DNA from: Glaucostegus cemiculus
Lineage: Eukaryota
DNA length: 64,000 nt
Assembly: GCA_976551045.1 (NCBI GenBank)
Contig: CDPCPM010000060.1
Span: 3,410,001-3,474,000, forward strand
Direction of reading: 5' to 3'
The translations under genes and the position numbers were made by a program. Numbering within the stretch: the stretch's first letter is position 1; every line of letters begins with the position of its first letter. Shown here piece after piece: positions 61,556 through 64,000 of this stretch. The notes beneath the pieces are model-generated. The model was not told where the DNA came from, ran no database searches, and worked only from the letters and a program-made list of their open reading frames with translations.

Positions 61556-64000
61556 AAATATGGTGTTTCAAGAAAGGCGGGCAGGGGTCTGTAAATTAAG
61601 ATATTTTGTAAATGGTTAAAGATGGAGCAGCAGCTTGCAAGAATTATGGATGTTTTTGTTTGAAGATGGGGTGATGATGGGAGATTGAAGGGCAGGAAGA
61701 AGTACCTGAAGAGAAGCAAGGAAATAATATTAACTAAATGCTAGAGCCAAGAAGGGAAATTAGTGAGTCAACATTTTCGTGGGAATGACCTCATCTCACT
61801 TATCTGGGAAAAGGAGAGCTTGCCATGGAATCTCAGGGATGTTGTAAGTGCAAACATCCTCAAGAAAGAAGATGTTCATTTGTGGTAATTACACAGGGGT
61901 CTCCTTGCTGTTTGAGTCTTTAAAGAGAAATCATTCAAAGGTCATAACCAAACAATGTGTTGGTCACCACCAGCCCCATCTCTGGCAATGTCTATGGATC
62001 CCAGAGAATTCATGGAAATGGAGTGGAAGCAAATAATCCTTGGTCCTGAAGCACCACCTCAAAAGAAAAGAGAGGGATCAAATGAGCAGAAGATGCATCT
62101 CTTGGATACAATAAACTTCGAGTGGGCACAGGAGTCGACTATGCAGGTTTGGACTAGAGCAGGAGAGGAGAGTGGGCAGAAGAGGTTTGGTTTTGTATGT
62201 TAGGGCAAAGTGGGAAGAGGCAGAGATGGCGAAGTAGATGGTTCACAAGCAACTGAACTTGTTGGATGACTGGGGAGGAGACAGTAGTGAGGGTTTGCAG
62301 TAGATTTCAAAACCCTGCAACATTTTACATTCTAAGAGGATCTTGTAATCTTTGCTTTTAATAATCATTATCATGATTTGCTCCCTTTAAGATTGTTTAA
62401 ACTCAACCCATGTGTCCACAGATGGCAATTATTTGCTAGGCTCGCAGCTGTCATGCCACTCACATGCTGACTCACAGGAAGTGGGTCAGGGTTTTTCAAG
62501 AAATCACTCAATGGCATTTGGGTCTCTGAATGCGACACCCCATTCTTCCAAGCACACCCCCCTCCACCCCAGTAAGCCTCCGCAGTCAGCTGCAACATTG
62601 GGTTCACACCTCAAGTGAGTCACAGTTACCAGTTTACAGTCTTCTTGACCTTTAAGAAAGGATGCCAGCACTGATTTTGGTTTAATAAAAATTACAGGGT
62701 GTGCTTTTAAGCATATAAAAGTTATCTTAGGAAGGAATACTTAAATGTACACATACTTCACTGCTTCCAGCATGATGTATGTCTTGTGACTTACTTATGA
62801 AGGTCATTGGTCATGACCTTTCAGTCAAATTTTTGTCATTAAGTAATTAACTTGAAGTGCACATATTTATGACATCATTACATGTGGGAAATTAAACCTA
62901 CGTTGTCATGAATTCCAACAAGAATGCCTACTCAATTACCCAATGGTGAGCTATCAACAGGAAGTTGGTGCAAGCTCTTCAAAATGGGTGCAGAATGCTT
63001 TTAAAGCACAATTTATGCATGAAACAAAGGTAAAAATGTGTCCAATTTCTAAACATATGTGTCTGAGGGCCTGATCAGTTTCAGTGGTGTATAATGTGAG
63101 AGGAAGATAGCTGCAGTACCATTGGTACTAAAGTGGTACGTTATTGACCTCATGGAGAAAGGGTATCAAACAGAATTTAAAATGCTAAGAGCTTCCAAGG
63201 ATAATAAAATAAATCATATTTTCAGGGCCAAAATGGACCATTCTTGTTCCTGTTATTTCCATGTTTGGTGATATCTCATTGCTTCCAGTTGGATACCATG
63301 CAGGGGATCCTTTGAATATTTTGACATTTGTAATAAAGTATCTAGCTAGTGCCAGACTGATCACATGCAGTGCTGAAGAAACCAACCTAACCATTAGAAT
63401 TAAGTTCCCCCAGAGTTCACTACAGGGGAAGATGAAAATTGCTCCCATTTCTTCACAAGAAGTAGCAGAGCCAATCATGGGGAATAAATGGAGCCAGGGA
63501 AAATCATCAACACTTGGTGAGAAGGACAAAGATACAATGTCAAAGCTCCTCAGTACTCCCGTGCCAGTATTCCCAGGGAGCATCTGTAAGGTGTGACTGA
63601 ATGAGCAGAGAGCGCAGCGATTCTCGTCTGTTAAAGAGCAGGCAGCAGATTGCTCATATTGTAAAGTTACTTGATGGTGCTCAGTTTTACTTTGTGATAG
63701 TAGAAGATGTGACTTATGTGCAAAATGACACAGTATAAACATCTCTGTCATTTGTTTGGTGATAGCTAAGTAAAGGGGAGATACGGTTCAGTGACTTTTG
63801 GTCTTTTTATAAAGTCATTTTTCCTGTTGTTTTTACACATTGTCACCGGAGTACACTTAGCAGTCTACGTTGGGCATCTGCAGTCTGAATTTTGTCTTTT
63901 TTTGCTGGGTTGTGTAAAATGTCATTTTTTAAACAATCTGGGTCTTAAAGCAAGTCAGATAAGGATTGTGCAGTGTGAAAGGTGTGAAAACCCCATGCAT

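Larger units (their letters stand above)
60360..62290 (-). mobile_element. Fragmented old L2-like LINE carrying younger Penelope and CR1 insertions
   Basis: ggcagagttttggataagc, gcaatgtt-like/gttacagaggtggaa, ccaaggatggatcctggaggatacc (GVPQGS reversed), gtgtcaaaagttgcag..aggtcaag (DLSAAFDT reversed), gttttttgtttgaagatggggtgatgatgg. Confidence 0.65.

Noticed and set aside
63185-63751. 188-aa minus-strand ORF
   Set aside because: No recognisable homology or splice context; the opposite-strand frame has better signals and is reported as a finding

Overview
Eukaryotic, AT-rich, CpG-poor, non-coding DNA. The repeat repertoire points to a cartilaginous fish, probably a ray or other batoid (inference). 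It includes CR1/HER1-type LINE tails, V-SINEs, SacSINE1/Deu-type SINEs, Rex1/Babar LINEs, L2, RTE, Penelope termini and Harbinger fossils. No recognisable cellular protein-coding gene, rRNA, true tRNA or CRISPR array is present. The convincing ORFs in the track are transposable-element remnants, and one 204-nt N gap lies at 40453-40656. The window reads like a large intron or gene desert, with nested TE clusters alternating with TE-free, motif-dense blocks that could be conserved non-coding elements. I found no clearly new biological system. The best leads are: a fossil two-gene Harbinger element (~26.0-28.0 kb) plus a second Harbinger transposase fossil (~59.7-60.2 kb); decayed Penelope hammerhead-ribozyme termini, one nested in another; an ancient minisatellite split by stacked LINE insertions; two splice-signal-supported candidate exons on opposite strands, one starting with a myristoylation-like MGNKWS; and several enhancer-like motif clusters. 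Family names come from recall of consensus sequences, not database searches. Boundaries of old elements are approximate.
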